Assembly: GCA_041660205.1 (NCBI GenBank)
Contig: JBAZWT010000003.1
Coordinates: 7,948-71,947 of the forward strand
Length of the DNA stretch: 64,000 bases
Source: Candidatus Babeliales bacterium
GTDB lineage: Bacteria; Babelota; Babeliae; Babelales; Chromulinivoraceae
Reading direction: 5' to 3'
Shown: one piece after another, positions 9,159 to 20,417 of the stretch
How the letters are laid out: every line of letters starts with the position of its first letter
How positions within the stretch are numbered: the first letter of the stretch is position 1
The notes under the pieces: generated by a model
Told to the model about the DNA's origin: nothing
Database searches by the model: none
The model's input: only the letters and a program-made list of their open reading frames with translations
Program-made: the position numbers and the translations under genes

Positions 9159-9635
9159 ATGTCAGAAACAAGAATAAAACGCGGAAAAGCATTTTTTTCA
9201 ATATCAGCAGTTTCTAAAATGTTTTCAGTACATCAACAAACCGTCAGGCTCTATGAAAAAGAAGGTCTGATCCAACCAAAACGGTCTGATGGAAATACGA
9301 GAATGTTTTCAGAAGAAGATATTGAAAAATTAGAAGAAATTATTCATCTTACACATCAACTCGGCATCAATTTAGCCGGTGTCGAAATGATTCTACAGCT
9401 ACAAAAAAAGATGAAAAAGATGCAAACCGATATGAATAAAATGTTTGCAACAACACAACATGAACTTACAGCTGAAACAAATAATCGTAAAATTTTAATT
9501 AAAAATTATTCTCAACAATTGCATGCTAAAAAAGATGTGGCTCCAGAATTTAGCCAAGATTTAAACAAACAAAAATCAGCACCAAAGCCTGGCAACCCTT
9601 CATTTAAAGATTGGGATATAGACTACGAAGAATAA
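9159..9635 (+). CDS. MerR-family transcriptional regulator, HspR-like
   Basis: N-terminal MerR helix-turn-helix: FSISAVSKMFSVHQQTVRLYEKEGLIQPKRSDGNTRMFSEEDIEKLEEI. Then INLAGVEMILQL, as in heat-shock HspR-type MerR proteins. Confidence 0.75.
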   Translation: MSETRIKRGKAFFSISAVSKMFSVHQQTVRLYEKEGLIQPKRSDGNTRMFSEEDIEKLEEIIHLTHQLGINLAGVEMILQLQKKMKKMQTDMNKMFATTQHELTAETNNRKILIKNYSQQLHAKKDVAPEFSQDLNKQKSAPKPGNPSFKDWDIDYEE

Positions 9636-9713
9636 ATTGCTATACAGTACTACCAATAAAAATATACTTCTATGCTTACACGTATGTCTAACTAATTTAG
9701 AAAGGAAGCTCTC

Positions 9714-10187
9714 ATGAAACATGATACATTTTTTGAAGACGATCAATTTGTCATTTCATACGAACTGCTTCACGTTCTTCATTGGCTCTTGAAATATGAA
9801 GAAGAAGAAATGTCAAAGCTTGTGACACAGGCTTTCATTAAAGGCTTTGAAGGCAAAATGAAAGAACCTGATATGTATGCAAAAATACAACATTCTGATG
9901 AATTACAAAACAGCGTTGTACACTTTTTTAATTTCTTAGAACATCACACGGCAGCTCTTGCAAACACTGAAGGCAGCAAAAAAATTATGGATCATAACAT
10001 AATCAAAACGCTTGATCACATTGATCCAAAACGTTTCGACTATGAGACTATTAAGTCAACAGTACTTGCAACAGCTGATAAAATTAAACCGAAAAATCAG
10101 ACACGTGCAAAAGAACTTTTTTTAAAGGAACTTTTGCGTCAGTGGAATCCTAAAAAAGAAAAATCTAACAACACTATTTCAAATTAA
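9714..10187 (+). CDS. Hypothetical cytoplasmic protein, probably co-transcribed with the HspR-like gene
   Basis: 157-aa ORF 78 nt downstream on the same strand, followed by a strong terminator. No signal peptide and no family recognised. Confidence 0.5.
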   Translation: MKHDTFFEDDQFVISYELLHVLHWLLKYEEEEMSKLVTQAFIKGFEGKMKEPDMYAKIQHSDELQNSVVHFFNFLEHHTAALANTEGSKKIMDHNIIKTLDHIDPKRFDYETIKSTVLATADKIKPKNQTRAKELFLKELLRQWNPKKEKSNNTISN

Positions 10188-10200
10188 AATCTAAAATAAA

Positions 10201-10241
10201 AAAGAGCCTGCGATTTATTTTTAATCGCAGGCTCTTTTTTA
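10201..10241 (+). terminator. Rho-independent terminator
   Basis: Perfect stem aaagagcctgcgatt / aatcgcaggctcttt followed by a T-run. Confidence 0.8.
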
Positions 10242-10383
10242 TTAACACACACTTTAATATAAAAAACATACCATTGTAAAAAGAACCCAAAAGGCCTATC
10301 TTTATTGCCTTTTTGTCAAAAAAGGGCAATCTAAGTAAGATAATCGATTCTATTCAGCATCTCTAAAATTTAATATTAAAAAA

Positions 10384-11856
10384 ATGAAAATCAACTACAT
10401 ACTCATCACAGCATTCATGTTTACAACTATTTCAGCTAGTCAAAGTGACATACTAAAAGAGATACATTCTGCTATAACATCAAACGAAATTAAAAAGGCT
10501 AAAAATCTTTTAAAAACTGTTGATATTGACAGTTCGTTAACTGTTGATGGAGATACAGCTCTTCATGAAGCTGCAAACGCAAATAAATTAGATTTTGCTA
10601 TCTGGTTACTTGCCCAAGGAGCTAATCCAAACATACAAGATAATCATGGCATGACACCTCTTCATTCTGCTGTATTAAAAAACTATCTTCCGATAGTACA
10701 ACGTTTAATTGCAATGCAGGCCAACCCCAACATTCCTGAAACGTTTAATGGAAATACGCCTTTTCATATGGCAATAGCATGGCGCCATATTAATATTGCA
10801 AAATATTTGCTAGAGCATAACGCAGATCCTAATAAACAAAACAAAAAAGGCGAAAGCGCTCTTTATTGGTCATTTTTAGCATCCGAAAAATGTTACAATC
10901 CTGAAGAAGCAAGAAGTTTTTTTGATAAAAAAATACAATCAATAAAGATTTTACTAGAAAATCCAAACACTGACATCAATTTACAAGATACGAATGGCGA
11001 TTCTATTCTTTTAATGCTTCCTCAAGGCTATCAATGCTTCTATGAAGTAAATCTCTTTAGTGAAAAACAAATAATTCAGCTACTTACTATGTTAATTGAA
11101 CATAAAAAAATAAATCTGGAAATTAGAAATAAACAAAATGAAACTATTTTTGATATTGTTTCATGTATGCAATCTAAAACTTCAAAACGAGAATCCTTTT
11201 TACATAATTTATTAGAAAAAACAATTGTTACCATATCAAATCCAAAAAAACCAAAAGAATTACGTGAAAAACTTAAGACGCTCAAAGAATTAGAAGAAGA
11301 TTTTACAGAAATACACAGTAACTTAGCAAAAATAGAAACAGAAAGTTTTAAATTTATTCAAGATGAATTTAATTTAAAAAGAAATGAATTTTTACAACAG
11401 CACAAAACAATATTGGCTCATGATAGAAAAGATTTCATAGAAGCAGAAGAATCTCAACGCCAAAAATTCTTAACCCAACACGATGAGTTTATTTCGCAAC
11501 TAAGATCATCACGGCAACAAAATGAAAGTCGCTTACTATCTTTGTTAAAACAAAAAGCAGATCATCTCATTGAAGAATCAAAAAGACTGTCAGCAGTAGA
11601 ACTTTCTGAGCGCAACAACGTAAAGGATACTCAAAGAAAAGAGATTAATTTTTATTTTTCTATGTTAAAAACAGCTCAATTACAATCTCAAGAATATGTT
11701 GTACGAAATACAATTGTAGATAAAGCAAACAAAGAGCTTGAAGTTGCGCAGTCAGAATTTAATAATTCTATTGTTTCTCCGACAAAAAACCAAAGGCATC
11801 AATGTTCCTGCGGAAACAAACCCTTGGTCTGTGCTTTTTTATGCCATCATTCTTAA
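10384..11856 (+). CDS. Ankyrin-repeat protein with signal-like N-terminus and a C-terminal coiled-coil region
   Basis: Ankyrin repeats GDTALHEAANANKLDFAIWLLAQGANPNIQDNHGMTPLHSAVLKNYLPIVQRLIAMQANPN and NGNTPFHMAIAWRHINIAKYLLEHNADPN. The C-terminal half is charged and helical. Confidence 0.85.
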   Translation: MKINYILITAFMFTTISASQSDILKEIHSAITSNEIKKAKNLLKTVDIDSSLTVDGDTALHEAANANKLDFAIWLLAQGANPNIQDNHGMTPLHSAVLKNYLPIVQRLIAMQANPNIPETFNGNTPFHMAIAWRHINIAKYLLEHNADPNKQNKKGESALYWSFLASEKCYNPEEARSFFDKKIQSIKILLENPNTDINLQDTNGDSILLMLPQGYQCFYEVNLFSEKQIIQLLTMLIEHKKINLEIRNKQNETIFDIVSCMQSKTSKRESFLHNLLEKTIVTISNPKKPKELREKLKTLKELEEDFTEIHSNLAKIETESFKFIQDEFNLKRNEFLQQHKTILAHDRKDFIEAEESQRQKFLTQHDEFISQLRSSRQQNESRLLSLLKQKADHLIEESKRLSAVELSERNNVKDTQRKEINFYFSMLKTAQLQSQEYVVRNTIVDKANKELEVAQSEFNNSIVSPTKNQRHQCSCGNKPLVCAFLCHHS

Positions 11857-11980
11857 GAGTTACATAGTAATCAACAAGACTCTGCCTTGTCTGTACTCAT
11901 GAAAAACAAGAATTACTGACCAACTCTCGTATTTTTAATAATCATTTTCATAAGCTCTTTTGAAACAAGGAGGCTCGTGT

Positions 11981-12823
11981 ATGATTAAAATTTGGCTTAC
12001 AAAACCTAAAAATTTCATATGTTTTGCCATGATTGCTACGTTTGCAACTGCTACAAGCATGACATCAAACAAGCAAACGTCACCTCTGACTTCGCCAATT
12101 ATTTCATCACTTTTTTTGCAATATCGCGCAAAATCAACCACGAATTATTCACTGAGCGAGTTGCGCAAAATTCATAAAAAAAAGCAGCTAAAGCTATCAG
12201 ACTTCATGGCTACCAATTTAAATTCGACTGCTCACCCAGATAAAAAGCTCATCACGGCTAGTCTTAAATTACAAAAAAATCTAAATCTTTATCGAGTTAC
12301 GCCACTTTTTTATTGCCACGACACTATTTCAGCTAAAGCTGTTTACTACTACGAGATCAAAGCCATTGCCACGTTTACATATTTCCATCTATCATCCTTA
12401 TCGCAACAAATGGGTACATTGCTACATGAATTTCGACACGTTATGCAATACAGCAATGCCAACTTTCAATTCCCGTGCGATATTTTGGAGCATAAGAAAG
12501 AATATAGGCTAACCAAAAACCAACTCCAAGAACTTGATGCAGATTTATTTACAGCAAAAACTATGAAATGCCCTACATGCCTACAAATGTATCAACTCTC
12601 ACTACAAACTAGACGAGGTCGTGATGGATATGGGACTAAAAAAGATTTCGAACCATTCGTGCAAAGTGCTACAACGTACTGTAAAGCTCACGCTCATCAA
12701 GATTTAACCAAGCTTAACAAAGCTATTGCAAGTGACAATCTCGTCAAAGCCGTCAAACTCGACGACCAAATGGGAACCCTTATAGATCGTATGCCACCTT
12801 TTCACTCAAATGATAATAAATAA
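11981..12823 (+). CDS. Exported HExxH metallopeptidase-like protein (M48-like)
   Basis: I moved the start to ATG 11981, 7 nt after an AAGGAGG Shine-Dalgarno. HEFRH zinc motif (LLHEFRHVMQ) and a downstream ELDADLFTA, which resembles the M48 E-x-x-A-D motif. Confidence 0.55.
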   Translation: MIKIWLTKPKNFICFAMIATFATATSMTSNKQTSPLTSPIISSLFLQYRAKSTTNYSLSELRKIHKKKQLKLSDFMATNLNSTAHPDKKLITASLKLQKNLNLYRVTPLFYCHDTISAKAVYYYEIKAIATFTYFHLSSLSQQMGTLLHEFRHVMQYSNANFQFPCDILEHKKEYRLTKNQLQELDADLFTAKTMKCPTCLQMYQLSLQTRRGRDGYGTKKDFEPFVQSATTYCKAHAHQDLTKLNKAIASDNLVKAVKLDDQMGTLIDRMPPFHSNDNK

Positions 12824-12830
12824 TGTTTTT

Positions 12831-13442
12831 TTAAAATGCGTAAAATTTTAATTCGTACAATGCTTCACGAAGCTTATACATCGGCATACCCAAAATGGCT
12901 GAATAACAACCGTTTACTTCTTTAACAAATTGCTCGCCAAACCCTTCAATGGTAATTCCGCCGCTCACTTGAGTAAATGGAATTCTATCAAGGTAAAAAT
13001 CTATGAAAACATCTGGCACATCAATAACGCACCATGCTTGATCGTAACCAATTATTTGTTGTTGCACATGCCAAGTACCATTTTGAAATATTTTTTTCTG
13101 CAAACAAAACGCTGTTCCAATGAGCGCACCATTACGACACGAGACCAACATGTTTTTTGCATCTTGTCTGTCAACTGGCTTGCCATGTAATCGATTGTAA
13201 GAATCAAGCGTCATAGTATCTGCGGTCAAAGTAAATGCGACTTGTCCTTCAACACCATCAGGAATAGATACATGGTTCATTTTTAAAAGAGTAATCTGCG
13301 TAACTAAACTTTCTAGAGGTTGATCTAAACTACATGATAATTCATCAGCTGTGTGCTCTGTTACTTGAAAAGGTATTCCGGCAGCCATGAGCATGCCCCT
13401 GCGCGATGATGACCCTGAAGCTAGATATAAAATATATTCCAT
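12831..13442 (-). CDS. maf: Maf-like nucleoside triphosphate pyrophosphatase
   Basis: LYLASGSSSRRGMLMAAGIPF at the N-terminus and the C-terminal GAYGIQ-like region ITIEGFGEQFVKEVNGCYSAILGMP. 203 aa. Confidence 0.85.
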   Translation of the reverse strand: MEYILYLASGSSSRRGMLMAAGIPFQVTEHTADELSCSLDQPLESLVTQITLLKMNHVSIPDGVEGQVAFTLTADTMTLDSYNRLHGKPVDRQDAKNMLVSCRNGALIGTAFCLQKKIFQNGTWHVQQQIIGYDQAWCVIDVPDVFIDFYLDRIPFTQVSGGITIEGFGEQFVKEVNGCYSAILGMPMYKLREALYELKFYAF

Positions 13443-13587
13443 AAAAAAACTTTCATTAAAATTAATTTTTAAAAAATAAGTTTACAAAAAAATGAAAAGC
13501 ACAGTCAAATTTTCATTGACTGTGCTTTTCATGGTTTTTTGGATAATCGTTTTTTAATTACTACATTTAAAAACGACTGCCAAAATT

Positions 13588-13662
13588 TGGTTGGAGCGGG
13601 AGGATTCGAACCTCCGCGTGCCTGCACCAAAAACAGGTGCCTTACCACTTGGCGACGCTCCA
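13588..13662 (-). tRNA. tRNA-Gln (anticodon UUG), CCA encoded
   Basis: Hand-folded cloverleaf. Acceptor TGGAGCG/CGCTCCA, anticodon stem CCTGT/GCAGG with loop TTTTGGT, T arm GGAGG-TTCGAAT-CCTCC. 75 nt. Confidence 0.9.
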
Positions 13663-13672
13663 ACAGAATTTT

Positions 13673-13933
13673 TTATGCTTCGACAACCGTTTTTTTAAAT
13701 TCTTCAACGATTGTATCTTCTACCAATTTTCTAGTGTCCGCATTCAGAGGATGGACTATATCACGAAACCCATCTTTTCTTCTACGAGATGGCATTGAAA
13801 CAAACAGACCGTTGTCGCCTTCGATTACTTTTAAATCTCTAACGATGAAACAGTCATCAAATACCATGGTCGCATATGCTTTCAATCTACCGCTTTCTAC
13901 TACGGGATAGACTTTTACTTCTGTAATTTTCAT
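13673..13933 (-). CDS. spoVG: SpoVG family protein
   Basis: MKITEVKVYPVVESGRLKAYATMVFDDCFIVRDLKVIEGDNGLFVSMPSRR is a near-canonical SpoVG sequence. Its stop lies 10 nt from the tRNA-Gln 5' end. Confidence 0.9.
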   Translation of the reverse strand: MKITEVKVYPVVESGRLKAYATMVFDDCFIVRDLKVIEGDNGLFVSMPSRRRKDGFRDIVHPLNADTRKLVEDTIVEEFKKTVVEA

Positions 13934-14063
13934 CTACCAAGTCCTTATATTAAAATGTCGTAAACCCTTTTATGAGTCATATCCTTTTTTAATCCTCCGT
14001 TGCCTTTTTAAAGAGCTCTATTACTACCCCTTTAATGTAGCTTTCTAAACAACTTTTGTCAAA

Positions 14064-15005
14064 TCAAATTCTAAGGATTCCGGCTCGTAGTCTGGCTGAA
14101 CGAGAAGATCTGTTTCTTGCAATTTCTTCCTCGGTTGCCATGCAAGCACCTTTTGTAGCTAAATCAAAATAACGAGTTACAGCACTCTTGCTTCCATGGT
14201 CCTTAAAAAATTGCTTAACCATGCGATCTTCAAGGGAATGAAAGCTAATGCAAACAAGTCTTGCCCCATCTGCTAAAACGAGGGTCGAATTTTGCAAAAA
14301 GGACTGAATACTTTCCAACTCTTTATTGATAAAAATACGTAAGGCTTGAAAAACCTTAGTCGCTGGATGAATTTTATGATAATTGCCAGGTGTTAAATCT
14401 TTGATGAATTGTGCCAACTCGCCCGTTGTTTTAAAATGTTTTTGCTTACGTCTTTCAACGATATATCGTGCAATTTTTCTCGAATTTGTTTCTTGAGCAA
14501 AGTCAAAAAAGATATCTGCTAATGCTTTTTCGTCAGTATAATTTACGACTTGATATGCCGTAACTTTAAACAAGCTAGAAGAAAACCGCATGTCTAAAAA
14601 CGTATCATTGTAGATAGAAAAACCTGGTTTAGTTTTAATTTGAATTTGAGAGGTTCCAAAATCAGCTAAAATTCCATGAACTTTTGAAAATCCTGCAGAT
14701 GCAACCAGCTTATGAACCTTAGAAAAATTTCCCCAAACTGGAAAGAATCGGCCTGGAAATTCTTGCGCAAGCTCCTGCCCGGTTGTTTCTATAACCGTCT
14801 TATCCCAATCAAGTCCAATCACTTTACATGTTGGCTCTTTGGTTAAAATTGCTCGAGTATGTCCTCCTCCACCAAGAGTAGCGTCAACGTAGACTTCTCC
14901 TGGCTTAGGGTCTAGATACAACAGAACTTCTTCCATTAAAACTGGTATGTGACCTGAAACCTGTTCTGGTTTTTGGTCTGGCATATTATCTTGCGGATTA
15001 TCCAT
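14064..15005 (-). CDS. rsmH: 16S rRNA (cytosine1402-N4)-methyltransferase RsmH/MraW
   Basis: HIPVLMEEVL, VDATLGGGGHT, SFHSLEDRMVK and RSARLRA motifs. Confidence 0.9.
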   Translation of the reverse strand: MDNPQDNMPDQKPEQVSGHIPVLMEEVLLYLDPKPGEVYVDATLGGGGHTRAILTKEPTCKVIGLDWDKTVIETTGQELAQEFPGRFFPVWGNFSKVHKLVASAGFSKVHGILADFGTSQIQIKTKPGFSIYNDTFLDMRFSSSLFKVTAYQVVNYTDEKALADIFFDFAQETNSRKIARYIVERRKQKHFKTTGELAQFIKDLTPGNYHKIHPATKVFQALRIFINKELESIQSFLQNSTLVLADGARLVCISFHSLEDRMVKQFFKDHGSKSAVTRYFDLATKGACMATEEEIARNRSSRSARLRAGILRI

Positions 15006-15017
15006 GAATTTTTTTGT

Positions 15018-16472
15018 TTAGACCTCTTGTAATTTTTTAATAAGATCGGAAAGCTTAACCGAGTTTGATGCTTTAAATAAGAATACCTTATCTTTTTGCA
15101 AAAGCATACTTTTTAAGAGCTCAAAAGCTTCATCCGCCGTTGCAAACACTGATGATTTCATACCAATTGGCAACGTTTTTTTCGTCCATTCAATCTGTTT
15201 GCCGATTAAAACAACATGAGACAGGTCCGTTATATGATGCAAAAGCCGTCCAAGCTGACGATGCCAAAATGGACTTTCAATTCCAAGCTCAAGCATATCA
15301 CCTAAAACAACTATCTTTTTTAGCTTATCGGCTTGATAATTTTCAAAAGCAATCAGCGAAGCTTTTGCGCTGTCTGGGTTTGAGTTGTAGCCATCATGAA
15401 TAATCATACACCCGCTATGATGTGGCAACAGTTGAAACCGACCAGCTACCACAACTGGCTGCTCAACACCTTTAATCAAAGTTTCGTTTGGAATGTTAAG
15501 CAAATAGCCGATAGACATAGCTGCAAGTGCATTCATCACACGAGCTTGATTGCATGTTGGCAGAACAACAGGATATTTTTGATTATAAATTTTTACATTA
15601 AAGCTGATTGTATTGTTTTCACACACTATCTTGCGAGCTTGAATTTGATTTGATGTTTTTTTACCAAAACGGATAACTGGATGAATGTAAGAAACATTAG
15701 CAATTTCTGCCTGATCACCATTTATCACCCCAATGTCACGATCAGTAAAACAAGAAAATATTTCACGTTTTTCACGGGCAACACTGTCTAAATCGCCAAG
15801 CCCTTCCATGTGACCATGGCCGATAGCAGTGATTAAACTATACGTTGGACGTAAAAGCTCAACTAATTTTTTCATGCTGCCGCGATTGGCAATTCCTAAT
15901 TCAAAAACTGCTGCCTGATGATCGTAGCGCATTTTTAAAATATTCATCGAAACACCAATGAGCGTATTTTGATTACCAGACGACACGATGTATTTTCGAT
16001 CAGTTAATTTTAAAATATTACGAACCATTTCTTTCGTTGTAGTTTTTCCTACTGATCCGGTAATGGCAACGACTGGATAGGTAAATTGCGAGCGCCATGC
16101 AGACGCTAAATCTATGAGTGCTTGGTACGTATCTGACACAAAAAGGATCGTCTTATTTTCAAATTCTTTTTTATATGTTTGCAGTAGTTCAGCTTTTTTA
16201 CTCAGCGATAAAATAAAACCTGAGGCACCAGCATGCAACGCTTGGGAAATAAAATCATGCCCATCAACACGCTCTCCAGGCAATGCTACAAAGATATCGC
16301 CTTTGATAACGTTGCGAGAATCAACTACAAATGAGCTATCAGGTGAAAACGGACCACCCTGCAACTGCGCATTTGGTAAAACTTTAGAAAAAAAATCAGC
16401 ATCCATGCGCTGTAATTGATTGTGCATTAATTGATCCTGCAATAATTGGTCGTGCGTTACTTTGTCGAGCAT
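15018..16472 (-). CDS. murF: UDP-N-acetylmuramoyl-tripeptide--D-alanyl-D-alanine ligase MurF
   Basis: Mur ligase P-loop AITGSVGKTTTKEM, DGYNSNPDSAKASL, and a fold-typical 484-aa length. It sits directly upstream of rsmH. Confidence 0.85.
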   Translation of the reverse strand: MLDKVTHDQLLQDQLMHNQLQRMDADFFSKVLPNAQLQGGPFSPDSSFVVDSRNVIKGDIFVALPGERVDGHDFISQALHAGASGFILSLSKKAELLQTYKKEFENKTILFVSDTYQALIDLASAWRSQFTYPVVAITGSVGKTTTKEMVRNILKLTDRKYIVSSGNQNTLIGVSMNILKMRYDHQAAVFELGIANRGSMKKLVELLRPTYSLITAIGHGHMEGLGDLDSVAREKREIFSCFTDRDIGVINGDQAEIANVSYIHPVIRFGKKTSNQIQARKIVCENNTISFNVKIYNQKYPVVLPTCNQARVMNALAAMSIGYLLNIPNETLIKGVEQPVVVAGRFQLLPHHSGCMIIHDGYNSNPDSAKASLIAFENYQADKLKKIVVLGDMLELGIESPFWHRQLGRLLHHITDLSHVVLIGKQIEWTKKTLPIGMKSSVFATADEAFELLKSMLLQKDKVFLFKASNSVKLSDLIKKLQEV

Positions 16473-16582
16473 TAATGTATCCGCCTTGCAAACGTTTTTG
16501 ATTTTATACTTATTTAAAGATTATATCGAAAAAATGTCGTTTTTTAAAGATTTTGTCAAGAATAACGCAACAGAGCTCAACA

Positions 16583-16661
16583 TTAATCTTTTATAACTCT
16601 ACGCATTTTTCCGCCATCACTTGGCATAATTAAACCTCGTGCTTCAAGCGTTTCAACAATT
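16583..16661 (-). pseudogene. Detached duplicate of the ftsK 3' end (last 25 codons plus stop)
   Basis: 72/79 nt identical to 18069-18147. It translates to IVETLEARGLIMPSDGGKMRRVIKD*, identical to the FtsK C-terminus. It has no upstream coding continuation. Confidence 0.85.
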
Positions 16662-16664
16662 ACT

Positions 16665-17051
16665 TTAAATAATTTTACTTTCAATCAGTTCAATAATTTG
16701 TTTGCTATAATTCAATAATTCTTCTGCTTCTTCATATGTCAAATGAGAACAAACATCATCTGGGTAGCAAGTTTGAACAGAAAATGGATTTAGACGATCT
16801 GCTTGAATTCGAATATTTTTAAAATCAGCATCTAATATTTCGCACTGCTCGAGCAACACATTAAGATTGTGGGATTTAGGAATCAGTTGTCCACGCAATA
16901 CTAAAAAACCCTTCAATCCTTTTTCTGCCGATTGTTGACAATGATAGGCAACAATCCCTGCATATCTATCCCTAAATGTTATGAGTGTGGCTTGTCCCAC
17001 TTCAAAATCATCTTTTGCAAACTTCAACCATTTAAGACTTTTTTCTTTCAT
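16665..17051 (-). CDS. HEPN domain protein (toxin partner of the MNT nucleotidyltransferase)
   Basis: 128 aa. WLKFAKDDFEVG...AYHCQQSAEKGLKGFL...PKSHNLNVLLEQ matches the classical HEPN pattern. It overlaps the upstream MNT gene by 20 nt. Confidence 0.8.
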   Translation of the reverse strand: MKEKSLKWLKFAKDDFEVGQATLITFRDRYAGIVAYHCQQSAEKGLKGFLVLRGQLIPKSHNLNVLLEQCEILDADFKNIRIQADRLNPFSVQTCYPDDVCSHLTYEEAEELLNYSKQIIELIESKII

Positions 17052-17400
17052 ACAACAACTTCCCTGTTTTTAAAATCGTATGACAAAAGCTTGTTGAATC
17101 TTTTTTACATTCTTCAAACTTACTGAGATCGTAGACTAATAAATCAATGGGCATCTGTATTCCGTGCAACTCACCATAACCTCGAGCTATAACTCTCCAA
17201 GGCTTATCATCATACTCATCAATCACCGTCATAACATCAAAATCACTTTCATCGTCATATTTGCCACTTGCGTATGATCCAAAAGCATAAATACTAATAG
17301 GATTGTACGTAGCAACCAGCTTATGAACTACTTGGGCAACTTTTTCAGGGGTAACTTTAAACATTTCCTGAAATTGCTCTGGTGACATATTTTTTTTCAT
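17032..17400 (-). CDS. Minimal nucleotidyltransferase (MNT, Pol-beta superfamily), antitoxin partner of HEPN
   Basis: IYAFGSYASGKYDDESDFDVMTV matches the GS-x-G...D-x-D NTase signature. 122 aa. Overlaps the HEPN gene. Confidence 0.8.
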   Translation of the reverse strand: MKKNMSPEQFQEMFKVTPEKVAQVVHKLVATYNPISIYAFGSYASGKYDDESDFDVMTVIDEYDDKPWRVIARGYGELHGIQMPIDLLVYDLSKFEECKKDSTSFCHTILKTGKLLYERKKS

Positions 17401-17429
17401 ATTTTCTATCCGATAAAGTTTTTTAATTT

Positions 17430-17789
17430 CTAATGCAACACTGACCCGATAACACGAATTCCATTATCGCTAGCAACAACAAAATTATTTGCCAGCTCAT
17501 TTTGACACTGATCAAGAACTTTAATCAAAAAACTTATAATTTTATCAAACTTCATATTTGTCATTCGCAGCAATATAATACCATAATGTCTCTGTTGATC
17601 TTTAAAAACAAGCGTGCCAAAATCAGTATCACAAGTTATTAAAATTCTATGTTCATCATAAGCTTTTTTCAACACAGCTGCATCATCAATTCCGGAAAAG
17701 TCTGTCCCTATGCAGACAACATCATGTCCTTGCTGACGTAACCATTTCGAAATCGAAGAACCAAGATTTTCATCTACAAGAAACTTCAT
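17430..17789 (-). CDS. DUF5615-type PIN-like/Mut7-C-like putative toxin
   Basis: MKFLVDENLGSSISKWLRQQGHDVV...RILITCDTDFG...YGIILLR is the typical DUF5615 pattern. I placed the start at ATG 17789, after an AAGGGTGG Shine-Dalgarno. Confidence 0.7.
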   Translation of the reverse strand: MKFLVDENLGSSISKWLRQQGHDVVCIGTDFSGIDDAAVLKKAYDEHRILITCDTDFGTLVFKDQQRHYGIILLRMTNMKFDKIISFLIKVLDQCQNELANNFVVASDNGIRVIGSVLH

Positions 17790-17802
17790 AGCCACCCTTT
17801 TT

Positions 17803-18042
17803 TTATTTAAACATAGGCATAAAAGTTACATTACCAATAGCCTGTTGCGCAAACAAGAGACATGCAAAAATATCTTCTTTGCTTAACCTTGGATATTCTT
17901 GTAAAAGTTTTTCAATCGTTTCGCCCTGTCCAAGCAACCCCAAAATAAGCTCTACGGTTAACCGAGTACCTTTAATAACCGGCTTACCAACCATAATATT
18001 TGGATCAATAATAATTCTTTGTAAGATATTATTTGTTGCCAT
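17803..18042 (-). CDS. DUF433 protein (putative antitoxin partner of DUF5615)
   Basis: IDPNIMVGKPVIKGTRLTVELILGLLGQGETIEKLLQEYPRLSKEDIFACL is the typical DUF433 pattern. I placed the start at ATG 18042, with a GAGGTG Shine-Dalgarno upstream. Confidence 0.7.
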   Translation of the reverse strand: MATNNILQRIIIDPNIMVGKPVIKGTRLTVELILGLLGQGETIEKLLQEYPRLSKEDIFACLLFAQQAIGNVTFMPMFK

Positions 18043-18068
18043 AATTTTAAACACCTCAATTTTATTTT

Positions 18069-20408
<2,340 letters not shown>

Positions 20409-20417
20409 CAAACACCT

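Larger units (their letters stand above)
16662..18068 (-). mobile_element. Candidate integrated cassette carrying two TA modules, bounded by the ftsK 3'-end direct repeats
   Basis: Four small genes lie exactly between the two 79-bp repeats. No recombinase gene is inside. See the corresponding finding. Confidence 0.45.

Noticed and set aside
13539-13910. 123-aa plus-strand ORF
   Set aside because: It is antisense to both tRNA-Gln and the strongly supported spoVG gene, and its translation has no recognisable features.
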